Translations under genes and position numbers: made by a program
The notes under the pieces: model-generated
Databases searched by the model: none
Told to the model about the DNA's origin: nothing
The model's input: only the letters and a program-made list of their open reading frames with translations
Sequence record: NZ_LR134454.1
Direction: 5' to 3' (one strand)
Origin: a plasmid
DNA: 64,000 nucleotides
Part shown: one piece after another, positions 33,853 to 42,551 of the stretch
Layout: each line of letters begins with the position of its first letter
How positions within the stretch are numbered: position 1 is the stretch's first letter

Positions 33853-35400
33853 GTGGACATCGACCAGGGCATCAAGACGACTCCGGTGAGCGCGCGCTCG
33901 CTCACCGGTTGTCGGCACCGTCTGGCGCTCGAGGCCCGCGCCCCGCAGGGCGAGCCCGACCCGGGCATGGCGCTCCGGGTCGAGGCGGCCGCCGTCTTCC
34001 GCGCGTCCGTCCGCGACCGGCTGCCAGGGCTCACCGTCATCGAGCCCGGGGAGGGCGCGGTGCGCCGCACCCTCGCCGCGATGGAGGCCGGTGCCGATCG
34101 GATCTGGAACGCCGTGCTGCCCACCGCGCACGATCGCCGCGGCCACAGCGAGCTCCTCGTCCGCCTCGCCGACGGCTACATCCCCGTCATCGTCGTCAAC
34201 CACAAGACCTGCGACCCCGGCGCCGGCGCCGTGACGTCGCCGCTGGACCGCTGGGAGCCCCGCGAGGACGCGACGGTCCGCTCCCGCCAGCACCGCGGCG
34301 ACCAGATGCGCCTCGCGCACCTCACCCGGATGCTGCAGGACGCGGGCTTCGCGTCCCGGACGCTGCTCGGCGGGAGCATCGGGGTCGACGGTGCGCGCAT
34401 CGTCGTCCAGGAGGTCGGGCCGCTCCTGGCCGCCTACGACGAGCGGTTCGCGGACCGTCGGGCCGTCCTGGCCGGCACCGTGGAGACCGAGCCCGTGCGG
34501 GTGGCCGAGTGCCGACGGTGCCCCTGGTGGCCGCAGTGCGCGCAGACCCTGACGCTCGCGCGGGACGTGAGCCTGGTGGCCGACGGGCGTTCGGCGCCCG
34601 GGCTGCGCGAGGCGGGCATCGGCACCGTCGACCAGCTGGCCGAGTACGTGGGGCCCCAGCCCGAGGACGTGCCCGTGCCCATCGCCGACCTGCGGGCCAT
34701 GGCCCGCGCGTGGCGGGACGGGCAGGTGCTCGTGCGGCGGCAGCCCGAGGTGAAGGTGCGCCGGGCCGACGTCGAGGTCGACGTCGATATGGAGAGCTAC
34801 CAGGAGTACGGCGCCTACCTGTGGGGCACGTGGCTGCGGCGCGACGGCGTCGACCTCGGCTACCGGCCCTTCGTCACCTGGGACCCCGTGCCCACGCGCG
34901 ACGAGGCCCGCTCGTTCGCCGAGTTCTGGGCCTTCCTCATGGACCGTCGCGCGGAGGCGCACGCCGCGGGCAAGACCTTCGCCGCGTACTGCTACTCGCA
35001 GAACGCCGAGAACAAGTGGCTGCTGGCCTCCGCGGACCGGTTCGCGGGCGAGCCGGGCGTGCCCGTGCGGCGGGCCGTGGAGGAATTCATCGCCTCGCCC
35101 GAGTGGGTCGACATGTTCGACGCCGTCGGCGACGCCTTCCTCTCCCTCGAGGGCCGAGGCCTGAAGAAGGTGGCGCCCGTCGCCGGATTCCATTGGCGCG
35201 ACGCGGAGGCCGGCGGCGAGGCGTCGATGCTCTGGTACCGCGTGGGCGTCGGGATCGACGCCGGCTTCGCCGACGAGGACCGGGCCGTCCAGCGGCAGCG
35301 GATCCTCGACTACAACGAGGACGACGTGAAGGCCACCGCGGCGCTCCGCGCGTTCATGTCGAGCGAGAAGGTGCTCGCGCTGCCGGTGGTGGGCGGCTAG
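33853..35400 (+). CDS. TM0106-family RecB-like putative nuclease
   Basis: 515 aa. Cys cluster CRRCPWWPQC. C-terminal RNase-H-like block with YNEDDVKAT typical of the TIGR03491/TM0106 family. Confidence 0.6.
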   Translation: MDIDQGIKTTPVSARSLTGCRHRLALEARAPQGEPDPGMALRVEAAAVFRASVRDRLPGLTVIEPGEGAVRRTLAAMEAGADRIWNAVLPTAHDRRGHSELLVRLADGYIPVIVVNHKTCDPGAGAVTSPLDRWEPREDATVRSRQHRGDQMRLAHLTRMLQDAGFASRTLLGGSIGVDGARIVVQEVGPLLAAYDERFADRRAVLAGTVETEPVRVAECRRCPWWPQCAQTLTLARDVSLVADGRSAPGLREAGIGTVDQLAEYVGPQPEDVPVPIADLRAMARAWRDGQVLVRRQPEVKVRRADVEVDVDMESYQEYGAYLWGTWLRRDGVDLGYRPFVTWDPVPTRDEARSFAEFWAFLMDRRAEAHAAGKTFAAYCYSQNAENKWLLASADRFAGEPGVPVRRAVEEFIASPEWVDMFDAVGDAFLSLEGRGLKKVAPVAGFHWRDAEAGGEASMLWYRVGVGIDAGFADEDRAVQRQRILDYNEDDVKATAALRAFMSSEKVLALPVVGG

Positions 35401-36338
35401 GGCCTGCCGGCCATGAACTTCTGCATGTCGGCGAGGACGCGCTCCGCGGCGACGGTGGAGGCGTTGAGGAACCAGGGGTCGACGTCGACCTCGAAGGCGC
35501 GTCCGCGCTCGACGACCGGCAACTTCTTCCACAGCGCCGCCTCCGTCATGTCGCGCGAGGCCTTCGGGAACGAGTAGAACAGCCAGTCGGCGTCGAGCAT
35601 CCCCACCTCCTCCGGCGACAGCGCGCGGCTCGCGACGTCGGAGAAGCGCTGGGCCGCAGGGCGGGTCAGGCCGGCATCCGTGCCGACGATGCTCGCCAGG
35701 GCCAGCGTCCCGAAGTACAGGTACTGATCGCCGCGCGCCCGGACCAGCGAGACGGTCGCGGCGTCGCCGCGCGACTGCGCCCACGCGCGGGCGCGGCCCG
35801 CGTAGTCGGCGAGCAGCTTCTCGCCGGACTGCTTTCGCTTCAGCGCCTCGGCGACGGTCGTCAGGTCGGTCTTGAACGCCTCCGAGCCGCCCGCGGTGAG
35901 CACGGTGGGGGCCATCTTCGCCAGCTGCTCGTTGAGGGACTTGTCGGCCCGCTTGTTCGACAGGATCAGGTCGGGCTTGAGTGCGGCGATCTTCTCCGGG
36001 TCCGGCGTCATCCGCTCGCCGACGATCTGGATCGCGTCGAGGTCGTACTTCGCGCCGAAGGCGTCGCGGATGAACTGGGGGATCCCGGTGCTGTTGCTCG
36101 CCTCCGGGGCGACCACCGCGAGGCCGACCGGCACCGTTCCCAGCGCGAGGCAGTGATCCAGGTGTCCGGTGGAGAGCGCGACCACCCGCTTCGGGCCGTC
36201 GTCGCCCGTCTGCGCGGACGTGCCGTCGGCGCCGCACGCGGACAGCGCGGCCGCGGCGCCCAGGCCGCCCGCGCCGAGGAGCAGCGATCGTCGGCTGAGG
36301 GGGCGGCGCATCGGGGAGCGAGGACTCGGGGAGGTCAT
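35397..36338 (-). CDS. ABC transporter substrate-binding lipoprotein (Fe3+-siderophore/FecB-FepB-like)
   Basis: Tat-like/lipoprotein signal (RRSLLLGAGGLGAAAALSACG). Periplasmic binding protein fold motifs (KRVVALSTGHLDHCLALG). Confidence 0.7.
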   Translation of the reverse strand: MTSPSPRSPMRRPLSRRSLLLGAGGLGAAAALSACGADGTSAQTGDDGPKRVVALSTGHLDHCLALGTVPVGLAVVAPEASNSTGIPQFIRDAFGAKYDLDAIQIVGERMTPDPEKIAALKPDLILSNKRADKSLNEQLAKMAPTVLTAGGSEAFKTDLTTVAEALKRKQSGEKLLADYAGRARAWAQSRGDAATVSLVRARGDQYLYFGTLALASIVGTDAGLTRPAAQRFSDVASRALSPEEVGMLDADWLFYSFPKASRDMTEAALWKKLPVVERGRAFEVDVDPWFLNASTVAAERVLADMQKFMAGRP

Positions 36339-36419
36339 CGCTTTAGGTTAGGCTAAGGATAGTTGGCGCGACGCGCGACCCCGCCAACCAGCAAGGCGCT
36401 CGGGATCTGCTCGGGAGGG

Positions 36420-37535
36420 CTAGGCCTGGGCCTGGCGCAGGTGCGCGCGACGCAGGGCGTCGGCGAAGCTGCCGCTGCCCAGGAGCGCGACGCCACCGAG
36501 GATGGCGATCATCGCGGGGGAGAGCTGCCGCGCCGTCTCCGCCGCGACCGGCGCCACGCGCTGCGCCGACGTGTACGCCGCCGCGAAGACGGTGCTGTTG
36601 CCGTTGCTGCCGGAGCTCTGCTCCGCCGGCGTGCGGTCGGTGTTCGACGGTGCCGGGGCCGCGGGGGCCGGAGCCGCCGGCTTCGGGGCGGCGGGCTTCG
36701 GTGCCGGTGCAGGCGCGGGAGCCGGAAGGACCGGGCCGGCCACGACGACCGGCGGGACGATGACCGGCGCGACGACGGCCGGGGCCACGGGTGCCGCTGC
36801 GCCGACGCCTGCGGCCGGAGCCGAGGGGCGGGCGTCGCTGCTGCTGCTCGTGGAGCCGCTGTCCTTGGTCGAACCCGGCGACTCGGGGAGCGGGTTGCCC
36901 GTGCGCACGCCGCTGCCGCTGGAGATGGGGGCGCCGCCCGAGCCGGTCGAATTGGTGGAACCGGTCGACGAGCTCGACGACGAGCCGGAATCGGAGCCGC
37001 CCGCGCTGGGGATCGTGGGCGAGGTCGCGGTGCCCGTCGAGCCGCCGCTGCTCGAGCCGCCCCCGCCGAAGATGCCGCCGATGATGCCGATCAGGCCGCC
37101 GCCGTGGCCGTGGCCCTTGTCCTTGCCGTTGTCGCCCTCTTCCTTATCGGGCTTGTTGCTGCCCGTCTCGGTCTCGTCACCCGTCGTCGTGCCGCCGCCG
37201 TTCGGCGAGCCGGTGTCGGTGGAGGAGTCGCCCGAGCCACTGCCGCGAGAGGAGCTGCTGCCGGCTCCGACGCCGCTGCCACCGCCGCTCCGGGAGTCGT
37301 TGCCCGTCGCGCGGCCGGCGCTGCCCGTGGTGGACGCATCGTCGTTCGAACCTCTCGACGATGCGGACGAGGAGCCGTCCGTGCTCTGCGAGGTCGAGCT
37401 GCCGGATCCGGAGCCACTGTCGGAATCCGACGAATCGGGGGTCGCCCAGGCGGGCGCGGAGGCGATGGCGCCGAGGGCGAGAGCGGTGATGCCGATGGCC
37501 CGGAGACGTCGGGAGAGATGGGTCGGACGCGACAC
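36420..37535 (-). CDS. Secreted Ser/Gly/Thr-rich low-complexity protein with C-terminal hydrophobic anchor
   Basis: GTG start with a GGAAGGGG RBS. Signal peptide ending AWA. ~250 aa of S/G/T/D low complexity, then an A/P/V-rich segment (PAPAPAPKPAAPKPAAPAP), then a C-terminal hydrophobic helix plus RRAHLRQAQA. Confidence 0.55.
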   Translation of the reverse strand: MSRPTHLSRRLRAIGITALALGAIASAPAWATPDSSDSDSGSGSGSSTSQSTDGSSSASSRGSNDDASTTGSAGRATGNDSRSGGGSGVGAGSSSSRGSGSGDSSTDTGSPNGGGTTTGDETETGSNKPDKEEGDNGKDKGHGHGGGLIGIIGGIFGGGGSSSGGSTGTATSPTIPSAGGSDSGSSSSSSTGSTNSTGSGGAPISSGSGVRTGNPLPESPGSTKDSGSTSSSSDARPSAPAAGVGAAAPVAPAVVAPVIVPPVVVAGPVLPAPAPAPAPKPAAPKPAAPAPAAPAPSNTDRTPAEQSSGSNGNSTVFAAAYTSAQRVAPVAAETARQLSPAMIAILGGVALLGSGSFADALRRAHLRQAQA

Positions 37536-37716
37536 AACACACCCCTTCCGCTATTCGTGCACAGGCGTAGGTAAGAATACAGTATCCGCGCTCATGGGTG
37601 ATAGCCGATCACGAAGCGGTCGTGTTCCATGGCGAAGTGCGCTATAGTGTGATCGAGGCTTGTGGACTCGCAATAAGATGTGTTCAGCGAGTCCGGAGTG
37701 CCGGTGATAGAGAGGG

Positions 37717-38208
37717 ATGGCACAAGTGGATACAGGTAATAAGTACGACAGCGACGCTCTGGTGGGCCAGGGCCTGTTCGCGAGTCGTCTCGAGGAGCTG
37801 TTCCGCACGGTGCCCGGCCCGAACGGTCGCGCATTCACCGCGAAGGCGATCGCCCAGCGTTCGACCGCCCTGGGCTTCCGCCTGGGCGAGTCCTACCTGA
37901 GCCAGCTCCGTTCCGGCAAGGCGAAGTCGCCGTCCTTCCGCACCGTCGAGGGCATCTCGGCCGCGTTCGGCGTCGACGTGCACTACTTCCTCGAGGACGA
38001 GGCCGCCCAGCGCACGCGCGACCAGATCCACCTCATGCGCCTCCAGGCCGACACCAAGGTGCAGATGGCCGCGTTCCGCCTGGCAGGGCTCTCGCCCGAC
38101 TCGGTGAACATGGTCAACGAGCTCATCAAGGTGTTGCGAGTGCAGCAGGGCTTGCCCGCCGACCCGCCCGAGCTTCCCGTAGACTCGCGCGAAAACGAGG
38201 GGCTCTAG
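37717..38208 (+). CDS. espR: EspR-like nucleoid-associated HTH (XRE-type) transcriptional regulator
   Basis: FASRLEELFRTVPGPNGRAFTAKAIAQRS...SYLSQLRSGKAKSPSFRTVEGISAAFGVDVHYFLEDEA aligns closely to M. tuberculosis EspR (FAARLNRLFDTV...PYLSQLRSGNRTNPSGATMAALANFF...YFTDDE). Confidence 0.7.
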   Translation: MAQVDTGNKYDSDALVGQGLFASRLEELFRTVPGPNGRAFTAKAIAQRSTALGFRLGESYLSQLRSGKAKSPSFRTVEGISAAFGVDVHYFLEDEAAQRTRDQIHLMRLQADTKVQMAAFRLAGLSPDSVNMVNELIKVLRVQQGLPADPPELPVDSRENEGL

Positions 38209-38297
38209 CCTCAGCGGCTGACGCGTCGCGGCCCTCCGGGCCGCCGTGAGTGTGCCTCCGGCACCGTCGTCCCTCTACGACCGTGTGGAGGTGGGCT

Positions 38298-38810
38298 GTG
38301 CGTTCCGTCAAAGCGCTGCGCCGCCTGTGTGAGAACGAGGTGCGCAGCCTCGACCTGGACCTGCCCTTCGACGCGGTCCAGCTGTGCGAGAAGTACGGCA
38401 AGCGCCGCGGCCGCGACATCCTGGTGATCTCGCAGCCGCTGCCCGTCGGCATGCCGAACGGCCTGTGGCTCGTCGGCGACGACGCGGACTACTTCTTCTA
38501 CCAGGCCAATACGTCGCGCACGCACCGCGACCAGATCATCATCCATGAGTTCGGCCACCTCATCGCAGGCCACCAGAACGCCGGTCCAACAGCGGCCGCA
38601 CCGCAGACCGCGGAGATGTCCTCCCCGGAGGCCGACGCCGCGCTGCACCGCACCTGTTACGACGACGAGCACGAGTGGGAGGCCGAGATGATCGCCTCCA
38701 TCATTCTCGGCTGGGCGTCCGAAGCCGGCGCGCTCGCCGGTCGCACCGCCAAGCACGACAGTCTGCGCGGCATCCAGCGCGCCCTGGGAGGTCATTCCCG
38801 GTGGCTGTGA
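38298..38810 (+). CDS. HEXXH metallopeptidase-like protein (ImmA/IrrE-like), partner of the EspR-like gene
   Basis: GTG start with a GGAGGTGG RBS. Motif IIIHEFGHLIAGH (HEXXH). Immediately downstream of the XRE/EspR-like regulator. Confidence 0.5.
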   Translation: MRSVKALRRLCENEVRSLDLDLPFDAVQLCEKYGKRRGRDILVISQPLPVGMPNGLWLVGDDADYFFYQANTSRTHRDQIIIHEFGHLIAGHQNAGPTAAAPQTAEMSSPEADAALHRTCYDDEHEWEAEMIASIILGWASEAGALAGRTAKHDSLRGIQRALGGHSRWL

Positions 38811-39913
38811 AGCTCGTGAACGTACTCGGCGTCGCGTTCTTCACCCTGGTGTTGTGCTGGCGCATCGACCGGCTCTACCGCGCGAAGGCCGGGATCCAGG
38901 CCGTCGCGGTCACTGTCGCCATCGCCGCGCTGACGCTCGCCGTGCTCCTGCTCGGCTCGCCGATCGCGCCCACCATCGACGGTGCGTTGTGGCGGGGCGC
39001 CTCCCGCCTCGGCGGCTACGCCTCGCTCGCCCTGGGCGTCGCCGCGTTGGCCGTCGCCTTCTTCTACGGCCCCACCGAATCGGCCCGCCAACGTCGCGCG
39101 GGGATGGAGGCCATCCCGCTCATCGCCGCGGTCGTCGGCCTGTCCGTCGCCATGAACGTGACGCCGCCGTCGCTGCGCGACGCGAGCCTCGACACCCTCA
39201 CCGTGCAGGAACTGGGCTTCGCCGTCTTCTTCGTCATCGCCGGCGGCTATCTGATGTACGGGCTCGCGGACTGCGTCCTCTCGCTGACCCGGCTCATGCC
39301 CTTCGCCGACGGCTACCTCACGACGTCGCTGCGGCTCATGTCCGCGGGCCTCGCGATCACCGCCGTCGGCTCCCTCGCGCAGGTCGCGTTCGTGCTCACC
39401 AGCGCGGGCCACGTGGCCTCCTGGCCGGTCCTGCTGAGCCTGTCGCAGGCCTGCACCGCGGGCGGCATCCTGCTGTTCGTCGTGGGCCTGAGCTACCCGG
39501 GCGTGCGCGGCTTCGTCGTGCAGATGCAGTACCGCAAGAAGCACCGCCGGGACTACAAGCGGCTCGAGCCGCTCTGGACGCTGCTCACCACCGCGGTCCC
39601 CGAGGTCGTGCTCGATGCGGGTAAGGCGCGCCGCGACCCGCACCTGCGCTTCCAGCGCCGGGTCGTCGAGATCCGCGACGTGCTGGTCCAGCTCAGCCCG
39701 TACCTGCCCGACGACTTCGGCGACGGCGTGCCCGAGGAGAACGTGCACAACCTGCTCGTGGCGATCGACCTGCGCAACGAGGCCGGGGCGGCGCCGGCAC
39801 CGTCGAGCATGGTGCTTCCGCCCGACGGCCCCTCCATCGACGACGACGCCGCCCCGCTCCTCGTCCTGTCGGACGCGGTCGGGGCGACGCCGGCGGAGGA
39901 ACTGCAGATCTAG
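38807..39913 (+). CDS. Integral membrane protein (368 aa)
   Basis: GTGA overlap with the upstream gene. ~8 predicted TM helices in the N-terminal 250 aa, soluble C-terminal tail. Confidence 0.55.
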   Translation: MKLVNVLGVAFFTLVLCWRIDRLYRAKAGIQAVAVTVAIAALTLAVLLLGSPIAPTIDGALWRGASRLGGYASLALGVAALAVAFFYGPTESARQRRAGMEAIPLIAAVVGLSVAMNVTPPSLRDASLDTLTVQELGFAVFFVIAGGYLMYGLADCVLSLTRLMPFADGYLTTSLRLMSAGLAITAVGSLAQVAFVLTSAGHVASWPVLLSLSQACTAGGILLFVVGLSYPGVRGFVVQMQYRKKHRRDYKRLEPLWTLLTTAVPEVVLDAGKARRDPHLRFQRRVVEIRDVLVQLSPYLPDDFGDGVPEENVHNLLVAIDLRNEAGAAPAPSSMVLPPDGPSIDDDAAPLLVLSDAVGATPAEELQI

Positions 39914-39995
39914 CGCGGAGCCATCCGAATGGCTGCGATCCCGCGGCCATTCGGGTGGCCGAGCAGGTCTAGCGCGGAGCCATCCGAATGGCCCC
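39905..39995. repeat. 25-bp direct repeat (ctagcgcggagccatccgaatggc x2) flanking a hairpin (ccgaatggc...gccattcgg) between convergent genes
   Basis: Read directly. The second copy overlaps the 3' end of the SDR gene. The hairpin is a plausible intrinsic terminator. Confidence 0.55.
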
Positions 39996-40727
39996 GTCCA
40001 TGCGGATCGTCTCGCCGTTCATGTAGTCGTGCTGCGAGAGGAAGTACGCGAGATCGGCGTACTCGGACGGCTCGCCCAGACGCTGCGGGAACGGGACGCC
40101 CGCCTCGAGGGTCTGCTTGAACTCCGGGGTCACGCCCGCGAGCATCGGGGTGTTGATGATGCCCGGCGCGATGGTGTTCACGCGGATGCCGAACTGCGCC
40201 AGGTCGCGCGCGGCGGTGATGGTCATGGCGTGCACGCCGCCCTTGGAGGCGGTGTAGGCGATCTGGCCGATCTGGCCCTCGAAGGCCGCGACCGAGGCGG
40301 TGTTGACGATGAGGCCGCGGGAGCCCTGCTCGTCGACGGCCTCCTGCTTGCTCATCTGGTCGGCGGCCAGGCGCATCACGTTGAACGTGCCCACGAGGTT
40401 GATGTTGATGACCGTCTGGAACAGGTCCAGCGCGTGCGGGCCGTTCTTCGACAGGATGCGGCCGGCCCAGCCGACGCCGGCGCAGTTGACGGCCACGCGC
40501 AGCGGGCCGGCCTTGACGGCCTCGGCGATCGCGGCGAGGACCTCGTCCTCCTTGGTCACGTCGGTCGCGACGAGGTGCACGTTCTCGACCGGGGTCGCCT
40601 TGTCGATCGACGGCTGCAGGTCGAGGCCGAAGACGGTGGCGCCCGCATCGGCGAAACGCTTCGCGGTGGCGGCGCCGAGGCCGGATGCGCCACCGGTGAC
40701 GATGACGGAGGAGCCGGAGACGTCCAT
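39969..40727 (-). CDS. SDR-family 3-hydroxyacyl-CoA dehydrogenase (HSD17B10-like)
   Basis: TGGASGLGAAT Rossmann motif. YTASKGGV catalytic YxxxK. 252 aa. Confidence 0.8.
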   Translation of the reverse strand: MDVSGSSVIVTGGASGLGAATAKRFADAGATVFGLDLQPSIDKATPVENVHLVATDVTKEDEVLAAIAEAVKAGPLRVAVNCAGVGWAGRILSKNGPHALDLFQTVININLVGTFNVMRLAADQMSKQEAVDEQGSRGLIVNTASVAAFEGQIGQIAYTASKGGVHAMTITAARDLAQFGIRVNTIAPGIINTPMLAGVTPEFKQTLEAGVPFPQRLGEPSEYADLAYFLSQHDYMNGETIRMDGAIRMAPR

Positions 40728-40786
40728 GGCTGATTCCCTTCTGTAGTGGAGCGCACTCGCCGGAGGGCGGCGCGACCCACCTCACA

Positions 40787-41518
40787 TTAGTGAAGGGCGG
40801 TTCTTCCGGGCCCGGGGGTGCTCTCCTCCGGGACCTCCGGGTTCGACGGTGCCGCCGCCGCGCGGTGCGCCCGGTGCACGACGAGCCCGCCGCCGATCAT
40901 CGTGACGGCGACGACCAGCCCGGTGACGATGCGGCTGATGCCGTCGAGCTCCGGCCAGGCCTCCGCCAGGAGCCAGGCGCCGAAGCCGAAGAACAGGATC
41001 GTCGCGCCGATCGCGATGGCGCGCTCGGGCAGCCGCGAGCCGAGCAGGGCACCCACCGCGATGGCGAGGGCGTCGGCCGCGACCATGCCGAGCGTCGAGC
41101 CGACCCACACGCCGAACCAGTTGTGCTGCGTGGTGAGGGTGATCGTGGCGAGCATCGTCTTGTCGCCGAGCTCGGCCAGGAAGAATGCGGAGGCGACGGC
41201 GAGGAAGACGGAGCGGGTGACGCGGTCCGCGGTGCCGCTCTCGTCGTCGGAGAGGGTGTCGCCGCGCCAGGTCCAGAAGGCGAAGACCAGCATGGAGATG
41301 CCCGCGACGGCCGTGATGAGCTGGGTGGGGATGGCGGAGCCGAGCGCGAAGCCGATGCCGACCGAGGCGATGTGGGTGAGGGCGGTGGCGGCGGTGATGC
41401 CCAGCAGCACGACCCACCACTTGAAGCGGGCGGCGAAGGTCATCGCCATGAGCTGGGACTTGTCGCCGAGCTCGGCGACGAAGACGACGGCGAAACTGAT
41501 GAGCAACGCGTTGAGCAC
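40787..41518 (-). CDS. GDT1/UPF0016 (TMEM165-like) family cation (Mn2+/Ca2+) transporter
   Basis: Start re-called at GTG 41518 (AGGAGG 8 nt upstream). Two E-x-G-D-(KR)-(TS) motifs (ELGDKSQL, ELGDKTML) diagnostic of UPF0016. Confidence 0.75.
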   Translation of the reverse strand: MLNALLISFAVVFVAELGDKSQLMAMTFAARFKWWVVLLGITAATALTHIASVGIGFALGSAIPTQLITAVAGISMLVFAFWTWRGDTLSDDESGTADRVTRSVFLAVASAFFLAELGDKTMLATITLTTQHNWFGVWVGSTLGMVAADALAIAVGALLGSRLPERAIAIGATILFFGFGAWLLAEAWPELDGISRIVTGLVVAVTMIGGGLVVHRAHRAAAAPSNPEVPEESTPGPGRTALH

Positions 41519-41529
41519 GGTGCGAACCT

Positions 41530-41715
41530 CCTGCGAAGACCTGTGCCACACGGATCCGACCGTCGGACCGCGCAAGTGGCACAAAGGTCTCGCCCACCGG
41601 AAGCCGTTGCTCCGGTTCGTGCGGCCGGGCTCTCGCCAGTGTGTCGACCGCGCGATTGGGGGCTACTCCCCTTCGTGCGAGTTCCAGGTTAGTCGTATGG
41701 TCTCGAAATAACAAG
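41530..41715 (-). ncRNA. Candidate yybP-ykoY (Mn2+) riboswitch leader of the UPF0016 gene
   Basis: Minus-strand leader contains GAAGGGGAGUAGCC (the conserved GGGGAGUAG core of the Mn riboswitch) and a downstream stem GUGGCACAGGUC/GACCUUUGUGCCAC next to the RBS. The family is known to control UPF0016/MntP/TerC genes. Confidence 0.45.
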
Positions 41716-41821
41716 TAGCGCAGGAGTTTTGAAGCCCTGTCTCGATTCTTCACGGGCCCGGCGCGAGGGTTTCGGGTGCCCGGATCCGACGGTGCCGGGC
41801 GCCCGGCGCGGTGCCGCGTGG

Positions 41822-42427
41822 TCAGTCGCGGACGGCGAGGAGCTGCGCCATGGGGAAGCGGTAGTCCTTGTCGCGGAAGACGATCCGCCACGCTTCTTCG
41901 AAGCCGGCCTCGGCGAGGACGCGGGCGAACTCGTCGGGGTGCCAGCGCCAGGCGGGCGCGACGGCGTGGTCGAAGGCGAGCGGCGGGCCGGGCTCGTCGG
42001 CCGCCTGGAAGGCCACGAGGACCGGCGTGCCCGCGTCGACGAGGGCCGACCAGGCGCGCACCGTCGAGCGGACCTCGCCCGGTTCCACGTGGATCAGGCT
42101 GAACCGGGCGAGGATCGCGGCGATCGGGCCGTCGGGCAGGGCGGCGAGGGAGGCGTCACCGTCGACGAGGGGCAGCGCCGGGTGCAGGCGTCGCGCGTGC
42201 GCGAGCATGCCGGGGCTGGGGTCGACGCCGATCACGTCCAGGCCGCGTCCGGCCAGGTCGGAGGCGACGTGGCCGAGGCCGCAGCCGACGTCCACCGTCC
42301 GGCCCGGGCGACCCGCGGCGGCCTCCGCGAAGGCCGCCGCGGCGTGCCGCTCGATGGGGTACTGGTACGGCTCCGGGAACATCGCGGCGTAGGTGTCGGC
42401 GAGGGCGTCGTATCCCGGTTGTGTCAT
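41822..42427 (-). CDS. Class I SAM-dependent methyltransferase
   Basis: VDVGCGLGHVASDLA (motif I) and a Rossmann-like fold. Confidence 0.7.
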   Translation of the reverse strand: MTQPGYDALADTYAAMFPEPYQYPIERHAAAAFAEAAAGRPGRTVDVGCGLGHVASDLAGRGLDVIGVDPSPGMLAHARRLHPALPLVDGDASLAALPDGPIAAILARFSLIHVEPGEVRSTVRAWSALVDAGTPVLVAFQAADEPGPPLAFDHAVAPAWRWHPDEFARVLAEAGFEEAWRIVFRDKDYRFPMAQLLAVRD

Positions 42428-42551
42428 GCGCCCACCCTCGCATCGACCACTGACACGAAGCGGTTCGCCGGCAGCCGGGTGCGGCGGGAACGACGAAACC
42501 CCGCCGGCGCGGATGCGCTGGACGGGGTCTCGAGGCTGAGGGAAGAAGGAC

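Noticed and set aside
33767-36237. 5' ~820 codons of the 1058-aa minus-strand ORF
   Set aside because: Antisense to the RecB-like nuclease and SBP genes. Arg/Gly/Pro-rich garbage composition. Only the 3' 235 codons (33061-33766) have a credible start and protein-like sequence.
36502-37647. 381-aa plus-strand ORF overlapping the Ser/Gly-rich gene
   Set aside because: Lacks signal peptide or RBS. The minus-strand frame has a clean signal peptide, RBS and C-terminal anchor. Both frames are open only because of the repetitive GC-rich sequence.
40790-41711. Two ~300-aa plus-strand ORFs over the UPF0016 gene
   Set aside because: Antisense to a gene with diagnostic ELGDK motifs. Low-complexity composition.
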